Origin: Candidatus Hydrogenedentota bacterium
Lineage (GTDB): Bacteria; Hydrogenedentota; Hydrogenedentia; Hydrogenedentales; SLHB01
NCBI GenBank assembly: GCA_963674865.2
Contig: CAXXYE010000009.1
Coordinates: 704,001-768,000, forward strand
Reading direction: 5' to 3'
DNA length: 64,000 bases
The notes beneath the pieces were generated by a model. It was not told the DNA's origin and did no database searches. It saw only the letters and a program-made list of their open reading frames with translations. Shown here one piece after another: positions 28,676-38,330 of the stretch (its first letter is position 1; the number at the start of each line of letters is the position of its first letter). The translations under genes and the position numbers were made by a program.

Positions 28676-31270
28676 ATGCGTAGCAGAAGGCGAGGGCTAG
28701 CTTTGGCCGCCATCCTTTGTCTGGTAGGTGTTGCATGGCCCGTTGCGGCCTTGACCTTCGACAATATCGCGGTGGTCATCGGCGACGACGCGACGGAACT
28801 CGACCAGCGTTACGCGGGACTGCTCGCATCGCGGATCGCCGAGACAAGCAACGTTCAGGCACGCGTCCTGGCTGAGGCGCTGGCCCCGGAGTGCGCGGCC
28901 GGCGCGCTGACTGTCTATCTCGGCGTGCCTGAGCGTCATTCGAAACTGGCTGCCCTCTGCCAATCGCGAGGGGTGAAACGCCTGGATTGGCTTGATCCGG
29001 GGCACGAGGGATTCCACCTTGAGAGTTGGGCGGAAAATGGGAGGATTCAGGTGCTTGCAGCGGCCGCCGATCGGCGCGGGGTGTTGTATGCGGTGGGCGA
29101 ACTCCTGCGACAAATCACCTATCACGAGAATAGTGTCGAACTATCCCCCGGCGTCCGCGTGCGTACGGCGCCCGCATTTCGGATTCGCGGTACCGAGATT
29201 CAACAAGGGACAACCATGCGCGAGATTACCGGCGCCCGGGAGTGGACGGAGGGAGAACGGCAGCGTGTCTTCCTGGACTTCGCCCTGTCCGGGGCCAACG
29301 TGTTCAGCGGCGATTACGACTTTCTGAAGTCTTGGGGATTGCAGACGATGACGGCTGCCAGTCCGTCCATGGGGGAAGGCCCGGACGACTGGCGCGCCAC
29401 GGAGCCCATCGGCCGGACGACTCACTTGTGTCCATCCATCCCGGAAGCGCGTGAACACATCCTTGATGCCTGGCGTGATCGGGTGAAGAGCGCCCCGGAC
29501 TACGATTACCTTCGCTTCTACTCGGCGGATGGCGGCGGCTGCCTCTGCTGGAAATGCGATCCCTACGGCAAGACGTACATCCATATGTGCGAGGAAATGG
29601 CCAAGATTCTCCTTGAGTACAATCCGGACATCAAGATCATGGCCACGAACCAGGAGTTGTGCAACGCGGGCGAGCAGGCGATCTTCGACTACCTTGACGA
29701 GAAGCCTCGCGACTGGCTTTACGCGATCTCCTACGCGCCGGGATCGAATGCCATGGCGTGGACTTCGGCGCGGCGGCCCGAACATCGCATGGACCTCTTC
29801 GAGTATCCCGGATTCGGCTCGCTTGACGGCTACCTGCGCTACATGCTTCACATGCTGCCTCCGCGGCAGACTATCGTCATGTTCAGTGACGTCACGCACT
29901 GGGTGCGATCGCAGTACGGCCTGGTTGCCAATCATGTCCCGCCCGACCGCGATGGCCAACTCCCGCCACACTGGGCCTTCCCGGATTACCATATGCAGCC
30001 CGATCCCAGCCTGTTTCGGTTCTACAACCGGCGAAGCTTCTTCGCCCGGCCTAATTACTACTACCATGTATTCTGCGAAACCATGCGTTACGGCGAAGGC
30101 GACATCGTCTACTCAGAGGGGCAACATGATCACTTCAACCGGTGGTTGTGGATGAGATTGTTGTGGTCGCCCCATGCCGGTCTGGACGATCTCGTAAATG
30201 AGTATTGCTGTTTCTGGTTCGGCCCCGAAGCGGCGCCGTTGATGGCCCAGGCGCTCTTTCAGATGGAGGCCAATCTTCAGGCGCCTCTCGCCACTAACAA
30301 AGGCATCGGCCGCTACTACGAACTCGTCTGCAAGGCCGGCCGGAAAATGCCGGCATGGCGTATGAAGAGGGACTACCTCTGGCGGATGCATATGCAGAAG
30401 GCGTGCCTTGACAGATACATTCAGCTCCGCTTGCTGCGCCAGTCGGCGCAGGAGCGAAAGATCGAGAAGTGGTGCGCCCGAGCCCTCGAGTCCGGTGACC
30501 TCGCCGGCGCCGTCAAGAGGTCGCTCGCCCTGTTTGAGCGGGATATCGAAAGCGCGGAGATGAAGCAGCTTCGCGCCGAGGCCGACCGACTCGGTGACGA
30601 GTCCGACCGCATCTTCGGCGTCCGGCAGACTTGCTCAGCCAACGCGGACATAGACCTAATCGGCCTGGCCTGGACAAAGCGCCAGCTCCAGCGTGCCGAG
30701 GCGGCCCCGAGAGAGAGGGCCCGCGACCTGCTTCACGGCATCGCTCGCTACGAGGATCCGGGGGAAGGGGGCTTCTACGACAATCTCGGCGCATGGGAAG
30801 AGGGCCTGGCGCCTCACCTGGTGAGCGGCTGGAAGTATTCGTGCCGGCACAGCCCCCAGGCGTTCTCCAAAGGCAACCGGCTTTCGCAGAACAGCATGGC
30901 CGGCACGGCCGAGGAGGCCCGCGGCGTCGCGCTGGAGTACCATGGCTTGGACACGAGCACTCAGTACCAGGTCCGGTTCACCCTTGTCCGGCCTTTGCAC
31001 TTGCCGCGGTTTGCGGATCTTCAGTCGCAGAGTATGGAGTCCATTTACGCCGATGGCATCCCCTTGGCCGAAGACTTGGAACTCCCGGAGAACGTGGCGG
31101 AGCAGTTCGCGTTCGACGTGCCACGCGAGGCCACGCGGGATGGTTCTCTGACGATCCAGTTCGAGAAGGCCGAAGGTGTGGGCGAAATGGAGCGGCCCGA
31201 GCTTGAGCAATGGAAGAACACCGGCGGCTGGGGCACGCTGTGCTCCGAAGCCTGGCTCATGAAGAAGTGA
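28676..31270 (+). CDS. Secreted hypothetical GH-like protein with GH20/GH67 N-terminal-type domain
   Basis: ATG 28676 after AGGAGG; signal peptide; GHEGFHL...AADRRGVLYAVGELLR...APAFRIRG motif; LCPSIP, DGGGCLC. Confidence 0.65.
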   Translation: MRSRRRGLALAAILCLVGVAWPVAALTFDNIAVVIGDDATELDQRYAGLLASRIAETSNVQARVLAEALAPECAAGALTVYLGVPERHSKLAALCQSRGVKRLDWLDPGHEGFHLESWAENGRIQVLAAAADRRGVLYAVGELLRQITYHENSVELSPGVRVRTAPAFRIRGTEIQQGTTMREITGAREWTEGERQRVFLDFALSGANVFSGDYDFLKSWGLQTMTAASPSMGEGPDDWRATEPIGRTTHLCPSIPEAREHILDAWRDRVKSAPDYDYLRFYSADGGGCLCWKCDPYGKTYIHMCEEMAKILLEYNPDIKIMATNQELCNAGEQAIFDYLDEKPRDWLYAISYAPGSNAMAWTSARRPEHRMDLFEYPGFGSLDGYLRYMLHMLPPRQTIVMFSDVTHWVRSQYGLVANHVPPDRDGQLPPHWAFPDYHMQPDPSLFRFYNRRSFFARPNYYYHVFCETMRYGEGDIVYSEGQHDHFNRWLWMRLLWSPHAGLDDLVNEYCCFWFGPEAAPLMAQALFQMEANLQAPLATNKGIGRYYELVCKAGRKMPAWRMKRDYLWRMHMQKACLDRYIQLRLLRQSAQERKIEKWCARALESGDLAGAVKRSLALFERDIESAEMKQLRAEADRLGDESDRIFGVRQTCSANADIDLIGLAWTKRQLQRAEAAPRERARDLLHGIARYEDPGEGGFYDNLGAWEEGLAPHLVSGWKYSCRHSPQAFSKGNRLSQNSMAGTAEEARGVALEYHGLDTSTQYQVRFTLVRPLHLPRFADLQSQSMESIYADGIPLAEDLELPENVAEQFAFDVPREATRDGSLTIQFEKAEGVGEMERPELEQWKNTGGWGTLCSEAWLMKK

Positions 31271-31299
31271 AAGAAAAGGGTCAGTCCGGCCCGGGCGTG

Positions 31300-32079
31300 T
31301 CACTCATCGCCGTCTTCGAGTACCCGCAGCACCAGTTCCGGATAGTTGCGCACAAAGGCCGCGCGCGAATTCTTGGCGACGGAAACCAGGATGGCCCGCG
31401 TCTTGGCTCTAACTGTGGCCATGTACTTGGCGCCCCGGAGATAGGGCGCCGGGTCAAGAAATCCGGCGAGCGGTGTCGCCGCCGCCACTTCCTCACCCGT
31501 TGCCTCGTCCTCCCGCACGACGGTGCCCGCGAGCAGTTGATACAGCGTGTCCGCCGGTTCGCCGCGCTTGTAGATCACTTCCTCGGGATTCTTGGTGATT
31601 CGCTGGACGTCCATGGCCAGGCGGCTGTGGTGTTCCTTGAGCACTTCATCCGCTTCGCGCAGCCGCTCCGTGAACTGCCGGCAGAGCACACGTGTCAGGA
31701 GGGGAAAGTCATCAATGATGATATCGATGTGCTCGGGCTTCAGTTGAAACGCGTGACAGGCGCCTGAACTCCTCACCGTTGCGCTTCGGAATCCTCCCCC
31801 GAAATACGCCATCTCGCCGACGAAAGTCGGCGCATCGATATCGCTTGTCTCGATGGACAATGCGTTGGGCTGAGGTGGACTGCCTTCCTTCGGGGCCTGT
31901 TCCACTACGTAGCTGCCCCTGACGAGCAGGTACGTGTCCGTGTCTTCCTCTCCTTCGCGGACAATGAGGTCGCCGTCCGAGAAGCGAACAGGAACGATAT
32001 CCGAGCATTGGGCAAGGAGCCTGCTGATCTCGGACGATTCGGGGATGTTCAGCGTAGACACATCAAATGGGACGGGCAT
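31300..32079 (-). CDS. Tandem cyclic-nucleotide-binding domain protein without output domain
   Basis: ATG 32079 after GGAGGAGG; IVREGE...YLLVRG...FVGEMAYF...RSATVR, plus a second degenerate domain IYKRGEPADTLYQLLAG...ATVRAKT. Confidence 0.85.
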   Translation of the reverse strand: MPVPFDVSTLNIPESSEISRLLAQCSDIVPVRFSDGDLIVREGEEDTDTYLLVRGSYVVEQAPKEGSPPQPNALSIETSDIDAPTFVGEMAYFGGGFRSATVRSSGACHAFQLKPEHIDIIIDDFPLLTRVLCRQFTERLREADEVLKEHHSRLAMDVQRITKNPEEVIYKRGEPADTLYQLLAGTVVREDEATGEEVAAATPLAGFLDPAPYLRGAKYMATVRAKTRAILVSVAKNSRAAFVRNYPELVLRVLEDGDE

Positions 32080-32141
32080 GGTCGACCTCCTCCTTCGGCT
32101 TCCCCGCATCCAGCATATTCTGGCCGTACCACTCTGAGTTC

Positions 32142-32170
32142 AGTATGACGCAGCGCCGGGCGACAATCAA
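32142..32170 (-). promoter_or_regulatory. Putative sigma70 promoter for the cNMP-binding gene
   Basis: TTGATT-17 bp-CATACT on the minus strand, ~60 bp upstream of the start. Confidence 0.5.
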
Positions 32171-32366
32171 GCCGCGGGCCACCGCAAGTCGTTGGCACAC
32201 AGCACATCTGCGGCCCGGCTTATCACACTCATTTCTGAGAAGGCATGGAGGCTCAAACATCAGGCCTCAGCCACTCCAAGGAATCCCATGCTCTTCGGAG
32301 ATACCTCTGGCTTCCACTGAGGACTCGGGATCCCGGATTTGAAGTCGCCACCCATGATTCCCTAGG

Positions 32367-32381
32367 CTCAAGGGCCTTGAG
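32367..32381. promoter_or_regulatory. Perfect palindrome CTCAAGG-G-CCTTGAG, candidate operator
   Basis: 7-bp inverted repeat ~90 bp upstream of the epimerase gene. Confidence 0.3.
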
Positions 32382-32467
32382 GCAACTGGCCGGCCGGCGG
32401 GCGCATCAGGCATTCTGTTGACAGCACCTTTGGGAGACGGCAGCCTACAGCAGGAGGTGGATTTCGC

Positions 32468-33436
32468 ATGGCAAACTTCTTGGTTACGGGGGGCGGGGGC
32501 TTCATTGGTTCGAACATCGTTGCGCACTTGGTTTCCCAAGGCGAGTCCGTGCGGGTCATTGACAACTTCGCAACAGGCCATCGTGAGAACCTCACTCCCT
32601 TTCTAGCGAAAATCGACTTGATCGAGGGAGATATCCGGAAACCGGAGGACTGTGCCCGTGCGGCGGCGGATATGGACTACATCCTCCACCAAGCGGCGGT
32701 GCCTTCGGTGCCGCGCTCGGTGGCGGATCCCGTGCTGAGTCATGAGTCGAACGCGACAGGCACGCTCAACATGCTGATCGCGGCGCGCGACGCGGGCGTC
32801 AAGCGGCTCGTGTATGCGGGCTCGAGTTCCGCCTACGGGGATCAGGAATCAGACTTCAAGGTCGAGACGCTCATACGCAATCCGCTTTCCCCGTACGCGG
32901 CGGCCAAAGCTGCCTGCGAGCATTATCTCAGGGCGTTTCACATGTGCTACGGCATAGAAACGGTAACGCTGCGTTATTTCAACGTTTTCGGGCCAAGACA
33001 AGATCCGAATTCGCCCTACAGCGCAGTGATTCCCCTGTTCGTCAACGCCGTGCTGGACGCTCACAGCCCTACGGTGCACGGCGATGGCCGTCAGGCGCGC
33101 GATTTCACCTTCGTCGAGAATAATGTGCGCGCCAACATACTTGCCGCTACGGGGAGCTTCAAAGCCTGCGGGCAGGTATACAACATCGCCTGCGGCACGT
33201 CTTACAGCATTCTGGATCTACTCGATGAAATCAACGCCGTTCTAGGAACGGACGTGCAGCCCGCCTTCACAGAGGCCCGAGTGGGAGACGTCCGGCTATC
33301 CAAGGCGGACATATCGCGTGCCCGGCAAGACCTGGGCTACGAGGTTTTCGTGCCTTTCCGTGAGGGATTGGCCAAAACCATCGCGTGGTACCGCGAGGAA
33401 AGGGAGCGCGTCGGCAACACCGGCCAAACAGCCTGA
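32468..33436 (+). CDS. NAD-dependent nucleotide-sugar epimerase (UDP-Glc/GlcNAc 4-epimerase-like SDR)
   Basis: TGGGGFIG, HQAAVPSVPRS, SSSAYG, YAAAK, LRYFNVFGPRQDP. Confidence 0.93.
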   Translation: MANFLVTGGGGFIGSNIVAHLVSQGESVRVIDNFATGHRENLTPFLAKIDLIEGDIRKPEDCARAAADMDYILHQAAVPSVPRSVADPVLSHESNATGTLNMLIAARDAGVKRLVYAGSSSAYGDQESDFKVETLIRNPLSPYAAAKAACEHYLRAFHMCYGIETVTLRYFNVFGPRQDPNSPYSAVIPLFVNAVLDAHSPTVHGDGRQARDFTFVENNVRANILAATGSFKACGQVYNIACGTSYSILDLLDEINAVLGTDVQPAFTEARVGDVRLSKADISRARQDLGYEVFVPFREGLAKTIAWYREERERVGNTGQTA

Positions 33437-33450
33437 GAGAGGCCCGAGAA

Positions 33451-34209
33451 TTAGCCCGTCGGCTCCATAGATGACGAAGCCGCGTCGTCGCCTGAATTGC
33501 TCTTTCTCTTGGCGACAATCCCTTCGTCGTGGGAAGGAATGATCATCTCGCCCGGCTCAACCACAAGAAAGTCGTTCTCGTTCCACTTTCCCTCCAGAAA
33601 ATCGACAATGAGGCGCGAATCGCCGCGGACCTCCTCGTACGCCCACGATAGCCAGTCGGCGGCGCGCCGCGTGTGCTCTTTGTAGTGGTTCGCATCCCCA
33701 ACGCCGAGATCGACATAGGCCGCGCGGGAATAGTTGGCGACCCACTCCTGCGTGGTCTTCATGAGGTACTCGGCATTCTCTTTGCCGTAAGTCGCGACGT
33801 ACTCACGAAGCTCCCTCTCATACCGCTCTTTGCCCGGCATTTCACACGTGTCGATCCAGCCGGGACTATACCAATACCTGCCTGGGTAACCTTCAAAGTA
33901 CTCCCGATAGCGCTCCTTGGAGCCGAGCAAGAAGGTGATGCAATCGTGGCCTCGCATGACGACAAGTCTGGTGCCTCGGGCGACAATGCCCGCGAGCCCG
34001 TTGCTGCATAAACCGTAGCCGACGAGCACGGCGTCGTACTCACCCGGCACCGCGTCGATAGCGGCCTGGAGTTCTTCGCGCAGGATATCGGGAGTATCAT
34101 GCAGTCCTTGCCTCAGAAACCGGAAATCAAAGACGTTTCGTGACAGAGCCGCATAGTGGCACAGCTCGCGCCACAGTACATGGCAGCTAATGACGTAGAA
34201 TCTCTGCAT
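33451..34209 (-). CDS. DUF1638 domain protein
   Basis: ISCHVL, GLHDTP, VGYGLCSNGL, HDCITFLLGS, YSPGW motifs; start re-assigned to ATG 34209. Confidence 0.85.
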   Translation of the reverse strand: MQRFYVISCHVLWRELCHYAALSRNVFDFRFLRQGLHDTPDILREELQAAIDAVPGEYDAVLVGYGLCSNGLAGIVARGTRLVVMRGHDCITFLLGSKERYREYFEGYPGRYWYSPGWIDTCEMPGKERYERELREYVATYGKENAEYLMKTTQEWVANYSRAAYVDLGVGDANHYKEHTRRAADWLSWAYEEVRGDSRLIVDFLEGKWNENDFLVVEPGEMIIPSHDEGIVAKRKSNSGDDAASSSMEPTG

Positions 34210-34311
34210 GAGATAAATCCTAGAGCCCACGCCAGGAAGAAGGCCCGGATACACAACTTCCCGATCGCCTTCGGACGGTCGGGAAGCCGGACTTCGCCCA
34301 GCGGAAGCCGA

Positions 34312-34590
34312 TCAACTTGCGAGTTGGTCGAATTCCGACACGGGCAGGGCCGGAACCGTGGAAAAAGCAATTCCAGTGGCTCGGTTTATGGCGATGGAGG
34401 CTCTCACGGCCTCCTCCGTACCGGGCAGCTCGGCGATGATGACGAGGTCCTTGTCGCCGAGAAGGGCGTAAATGCCCTGGACTGTGCCGCCGAGTTCCTG
34501 GACAAGCTTCTCGGCGTCCTTCGTGCGTTCAGCCGAGATGCCTTTCATGGCCTCGGCCGAGTACTTCCCGAACAAGAAGAACGTAGCCAT
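34312..34590 (-). CDS. GYD domain protein
   Basis: 92 aa, ELGG...YALLGDKDLVIIAELP...TVPAL pattern; RBS AGGAGG. Confidence 0.85.
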   Translation of the reverse strand: MATFFLFGKYSAEAMKGISAERTKDAEKLVQELGGTVQGIYALLGDKDLVIIAELPGTEEAVRASIAINRATGIAFSTVPALPVSEFDQLAS

Positions 34591-34831
34591 GGCAGCCTCC
34601 TTTTCCTTTCCTGATGCCGCGGCGCCGTCGCGGCCCGATCTCTTTGTACTCCCGGTGCGGGTGAGCGGTCAACCGCGCGAATTCACCCGGTAGCCGGTTG
34701 CCCGCTGTGCGGCACCTAAGTCACTGGCGGCAAATGCATTAGCTGCGAGAACCTACTCGCGCTTGTGTCTGAGGCGACATCTCGTTTACGCTGGTGTCCA
34801 ATGACACCGCATAGGAAGGTCATCTTTCGGA

Positions 34832-35629
34832 ATGGCTAAGACAGGCGCGGGAACAGGGGGCGCCATCGGGCGGGACTGGGGCCTGGCGCTGCGGAATCTC
34901 GTCTTGCCCACGTTCTGCAAGCAGTGCGGCCGGCGTCTCCTGACGGAGGAAAATGGCTTCTTCTGCCCCACGTGCTGGGAGTCAAGCCCTCGCGTGAGAC
35001 GTCCCTTCTGCACGGTGTGTGGGCGGCCACACGGCGGCGCCGTGGGCTTTGGAACTCTTAGTAACTTCCCGTGCGCGGAGTGTCGCCGTCGGGAGGCAAA
35101 GCCACGGCCTTATGGCCGGATCTATGGCGCAGCGCTGTACGCCGAAGCCGTCGAGGAGGCGATCAAGCTTTTCAAGTTCCGCGATCGCCCGCGTCTGGGA
35201 ACTGCACTCGGGCGGCTGATGGCGGAGTTTGCGGCACGCGAGATGGAATGCTCTCGGTACGATGTGATCGTTCCGGTGCCCCTGCATCGGGTCCGTGCCC
35301 GCGACCGGGGATACAATCAGGCAAGGCTGCTTGCGGAGGAACTGACGGAAGTATTCCCTCAGGCGGCGCTGACCAACGCACTCAGACGGACGCGGCCGAC
35401 GCGGGTGCAAAGCCTGTTGCGGGATGGCGCCGCGCGGGTCGCGAACGTCAAAGGTGCCTTTGCCTTGACGCCGGACACGCGCCTGGCCGGTAGGCGGGTG
35501 TTGCTGGTGGATGACGTGGTAACCACGGCCGGCACGGTTACCGAGTGCTGCGCCACGCTGCAAGGGGCCAAACCTGCGTCCGTAGATGTGTTCGTGGCTG
35601 CGCTGGCGGCATCAACGGCTGGCCGGTAG
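34832..35629 (+). CDS. comF: ComF family protein (double zinc ribbon + PRTase domain)
   Basis: Four CxxC pairs; VPVPLH..R.RDRGYNQA; NVKGAF; VLLVDDVVTTAGT. Confidence 0.9.
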   Translation: MAKTGAGTGGAIGRDWGLALRNLVLPTFCKQCGRRLLTEENGFFCPTCWESSPRVRRPFCTVCGRPHGGAVGFGTLSNFPCAECRRREAKPRPYGRIYGAALYAEAVEEAIKLFKFRDRPRLGTALGRLMAEFAAREMECSRYDVIVPVPLHRVRARDRGYNQARLLAEELTEVFPQAALTNALRRTRPTRVQSLLRDGAARVANVKGAFALTPDTRLAGRRVLLVDDVVTTAGTVTECCATLQGAKPASVDVFVAALAASTAGR

Positions 35630-35727
35630 ACGGACGGACGGTGTGGGCGGAGGATGAAGTAGCCGTTAGCGGGCATTATCGGGCAGAAGAGTATTCGGGT
35701 GTCTTGACTCACTCGATGCTGGAACGG

Positions 35728-35916
35728 CTATCGAATATCGGCACTGAACTTACCCATGAAGGCCGTGAAGCCTTTGAGCCTCTTGAGTCGCACATTTTCC
35801 ATGCGGTACATCCGGAGTTTCTCGCAAGCGTCTTTCTCGTTCTCGGCTACCACCGTGCCTGTTTCAACCTGTTCTTCCCTATCCAGAATGGTTCCCGAGT
35901 ACTGATAAACGGCCAC
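35728..35916 (-). CDS. Small protein resembling the N-terminal domain of PilC/GspF
   Basis: GTG after RBS GGAGGG; MAVYQYSG...TGTVVAENEKDACEKLR matches the 'F/YxYxA...GxVxAxxxxxAxxxLR' PilC N-terminal pattern; an upstream promoter is present. Confidence 0.6.
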   Translation of the reverse strand: MAVYQYSGTILDREEQVETGTVVAENEKDACEKLRMYRMENVRLKRLKGFTAFMGKFSADIR

Positions 35917-35996
35917 GCTTTGCCCTCCAGGATGTCAGAAGTGAGATCAGCAACAAAACTGCCGTCGCAAACGTATTCTCTTTTATAGTATAGCGC

Positions 35997-36026
35997 ATTG
36001 TAAGCAGATCGTTACACCGATTTCAA
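35997..36026 (-). promoter_or_regulatory. Putative sigma70 promoter for the small PilC-N-like gene
   Basis: TTGAAA-18 bp-TACAAT on the minus strand in an AT-rich patch. Confidence 0.5.
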
Positions 36027-36138
36027 GGAAGAATGGCTTGGCGGGTCTTGCCGTCCCCTAGTCCCGGGTCCGCCAAGACCATAGGTAACAAGACGATGCC
36101 GCCCTCCGGCGTGATCGTGAACGGCTTGATCCGGGAAA

Positions 36139-36168
36139 TTGAACGGGGGCGCGGCTATATGCTAAGAT
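36139..36168 (+). promoter_or_regulatory. Putative sigma70 promoter of the ffh cluster
   Basis: TTGAAC-18 bp-TAAGAT with extended -10 (TG-c-TAAGAT). Confidence 0.5.
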
Positions 36169-36243
36169 GTCCGTTGGCCCAAGGGGTAGATCTGTCTTGC
36201 TTTCGAGCGAAAAAGGGAAGAAGAACGCGGATATAGACGCCTG

Positions 36244-37578
36244 ATGTTCGAGTCGCTGACACAGAGACTGGAGCGTGCCTTCAAGAACATTCGCGGTCAA
36301 GGGCGATTGACCGAGACGAACATGAAGGACAGCCTCCAGGAGATCCGCATGGCGCTCCTTGAGGCCGACGTGAACTACAAGGTCGTCAAGGACTTCATCG
36401 CTGACGTACAGGAAGCAGCGGTTGGACAGAAAGTCCTTGACAGCGTTCAGCCCGGCCAGCAGATCGTCAAGATCGTCCATGACGAACTTATCAGGATCAT
36501 GGGCGGGAGCAATGCCCCCCTGCAAATGGCCGATCACGCTCCGACCATCATTATGATGGTTGGCCTGCAAGGTCAAGGTAAGACGACCTCGACGGGCAAG
36601 CTCGCGGTGCGCCTGAAGAAGACCGGCCACAAGCCGCTGCTCGTCGGCGCCGATGTGAAACGCCCCGCCGCAATTCGCCAGTTGGAGGTCGTTGCGGAGC
36701 AGGCGGGCGTGGAATGCTTCAGTCTGGGCGAGAACACCGATCCTGTGGACGCCTGTGTCATGGCCCGCGGCGAGGCGCAAATGCGCGGGTGTGACCTTAT
36801 CCTTATCGATACCGCGGGCCGACTGCACGTGGACGAGGAGATGATGGCGGAGGTCCGCCGGATCCACGTGGCCGTGCAGCCGCATGAGATTTTGTTTGTG
36901 GCCAACGCCATGACCGGCCAGGACGCCGTCAACTCCGCCAAGCAGTTCAATGAGGCCCTCCCGCTTACGGGCGTGCTTCTGACGCAGATGGATGGCGATG
37001 CGCGCGGCGGCGCGGCCATCAGCCTGATTCGTGTGACGGGCTGCCCCATCAAGTTCATCGGGACGGGCGAGAAACTCGACGCGCTGGAAGCATTCCATCC
37101 ACAGCGCATGGCGGATCAGATCCTGGGCATGGGTGATGTGGTCTCGCTCGTGGAAAAGGCCCAGGAAGTAGTCGATCGCGAGAAGGCACTGGCTTTTCAG
37201 GAGAAGGCCCGCAAGGCCTCCTGGGACCTCGAGGATTTCCTCGATCAGATGCAACAAGTCAAGAAGCTGGGCCCCCTGACGGATGTGATGCAGAAGATAC
37301 CGGGTATGAACAAGATGATGGCCAAGGGCGTGGAGTTCGACGAGGATGAACTCAAGTACGCGGAGGCCATCATTTTCTCCATGACGCCCAAGGAGAGGCG
37401 GAGTCCGAAGATCATCAATGGTAGTCGCCGCAGACGCATCGCTTCGGGCAGCGGCACCACGATCCAGGACGTCAACCGATTGCTGAAAGACTTCGAGAAA
37501 TCGAAGAAGATGATGAAGCAGATGATGAAGGGTTCGAAGAAGGGCAAGCGGATGAGGATTCAGATGCCTGGATTCTAG
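36244..37578 (+). CDS. ffh: Signal recognition particle protein Ffh
   Basis: MFESL, ALLEADVN, GLQGQGKTT, DTAGRLH, DGDARGGAA, Met-rich M domain SRRRRIASGSG. Confidence 0.98.
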   Translation: MFESLTQRLERAFKNIRGQGRLTETNMKDSLQEIRMALLEADVNYKVVKDFIADVQEAAVGQKVLDSVQPGQQIVKIVHDELIRIMGGSNAPLQMADHAPTIIMMVGLQGQGKTTSTGKLAVRLKKTGHKPLLVGADVKRPAAIRQLEVVAEQAGVECFSLGENTDPVDACVMARGEAQMRGCDLILIDTAGRLHVDEEMMAEVRRIHVAVQPHEILFVANAMTGQDAVNSAKQFNEALPLTGVLLTQMDGDARGGAAISLIRVTGCPIKFIGTGEKLDALEAFHPQRMADQILGMGDVVSLVEKAQEVVDREKALAFQEKARKASWDLEDFLDQMQQVKKLGPLTDVMQKIPGMNKMMAKGVEFDEDELKYAEAIIFSMTPKERRSPKIINGSRRRRIASGSGTTIQDVNRLLKDFEKSKKMMKQMMKGSKKGKRMRIQMPGF

Positions 37579-37655
37579 CGTTCTGCTGAGAAGTTCGGTT
37601 CGTGGGCAGGGCGCGTCCGCCCGCGCAAGGAAAGTAAGAAGGGATATTCGGGAAC

Positions 37656-38078
37656 ATGGCAACAGCAATTCGTTTGAGGCGTGGCGGCCGGACCCATGCG
37701 CCGTACTATCGCGTGATCGTGATTGACTCGCGGAACCGCTCGCGCGGCAGAGTCATTGACCAGATCGGCGTGTACCATCCGTGCGCCCGCCCGAACCCCC
37801 TGACGGAGATTGACGCTCGCAAGGCTCTTGATTGGCTGGGAAAGGGCGCACAGCCCTCGGCCACGGTGCGGAACATCTTCTCAAAGGCAGGCATTATGGC
37901 GGCTTTTGCCTCGGGCAAGGCGCCTGAGGATGTGGCTGCCGAACCCGTGAAGCTAACCGCGCCCGAGGTCGTCCAGCCCGCCGCCAAACCGGCGCCTGTG
38001 CAAGCTGAAGCGGCGGAGGTTTCCGTAGAGACGCCATCCGAGGCCCCGGCCGAGGAAGCCCCCGAGGCGGAAGCGTAG
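37656..38078 (+). CDS. rpsP: 30S ribosomal protein S16 with acidic Ala/Pro/Glu tail
   Basis: IRLRRGG...PYYRVIVIDSR...WLGKGAQPSATV; conserved position after ffh. Confidence 0.97.
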   Translation: MATAIRLRRGGRTHAPYYRVIVIDSRNRSRGRVIDQIGVYHPCARPNPLTEIDARKALDWLGKGAQPSATVRNIFSKAGIMAAFASGKAPEDVAAEPVKLTAPEVVQPAAKPAPVQAEAAEVSVETPSEAPAEEAPEAEA

Positions 38079-38079
38079 C

Positions 38080-38313
38080 GTGAAAGACCTGGTCGAGCTG
38101 ATAGCGAAGAAGCTTGTCGAGCACCCTGAGGACGTTCACGTGCGCGTTACCGAGACTGACGACGGGCAGCAGTGCCTCGAGTTGAGCGTGCATCCTGATG
38201 ATATGGGCCGGGTTATCGGCAAGAATGGCCGGACGGCCAAGGCCATCCGCACCTTGCTCAGCTCAGCCTCGGCGAAGGCGGAAGTGCACGCCATTCTTCA
38301 GATCGTCGAGTAA
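38080..38313 (+). CDS. khpA: KH-domain RNA-binding protein
   Basis: DMGRVIGKNGRTAKAIRTLL; located between rpsP and rimM. Confidence 0.93.
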   Translation: MKDLVELIAKKLVEHPEDVHVRVTETDDGQQCLELSVHPDDMGRVIGKNGRTAKAIRTLLSSASAKAEVHAILQIVE

Positions 38314-38330
38314 GACGGTGTAGCGAAGGG

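Noticed and set aside
36034..36081. Hairpin upstream of ffh considered as SRP RNA (ffs)
   Set aside because: Lacks the conserved SRP domain IV sequence (CAGG...GGAA...AGCAG).
36058..37668. 536-aa minus-strand ORF
   Set aside because: Antisense shadow of ffh caused by codon bias; no recognisable motifs.
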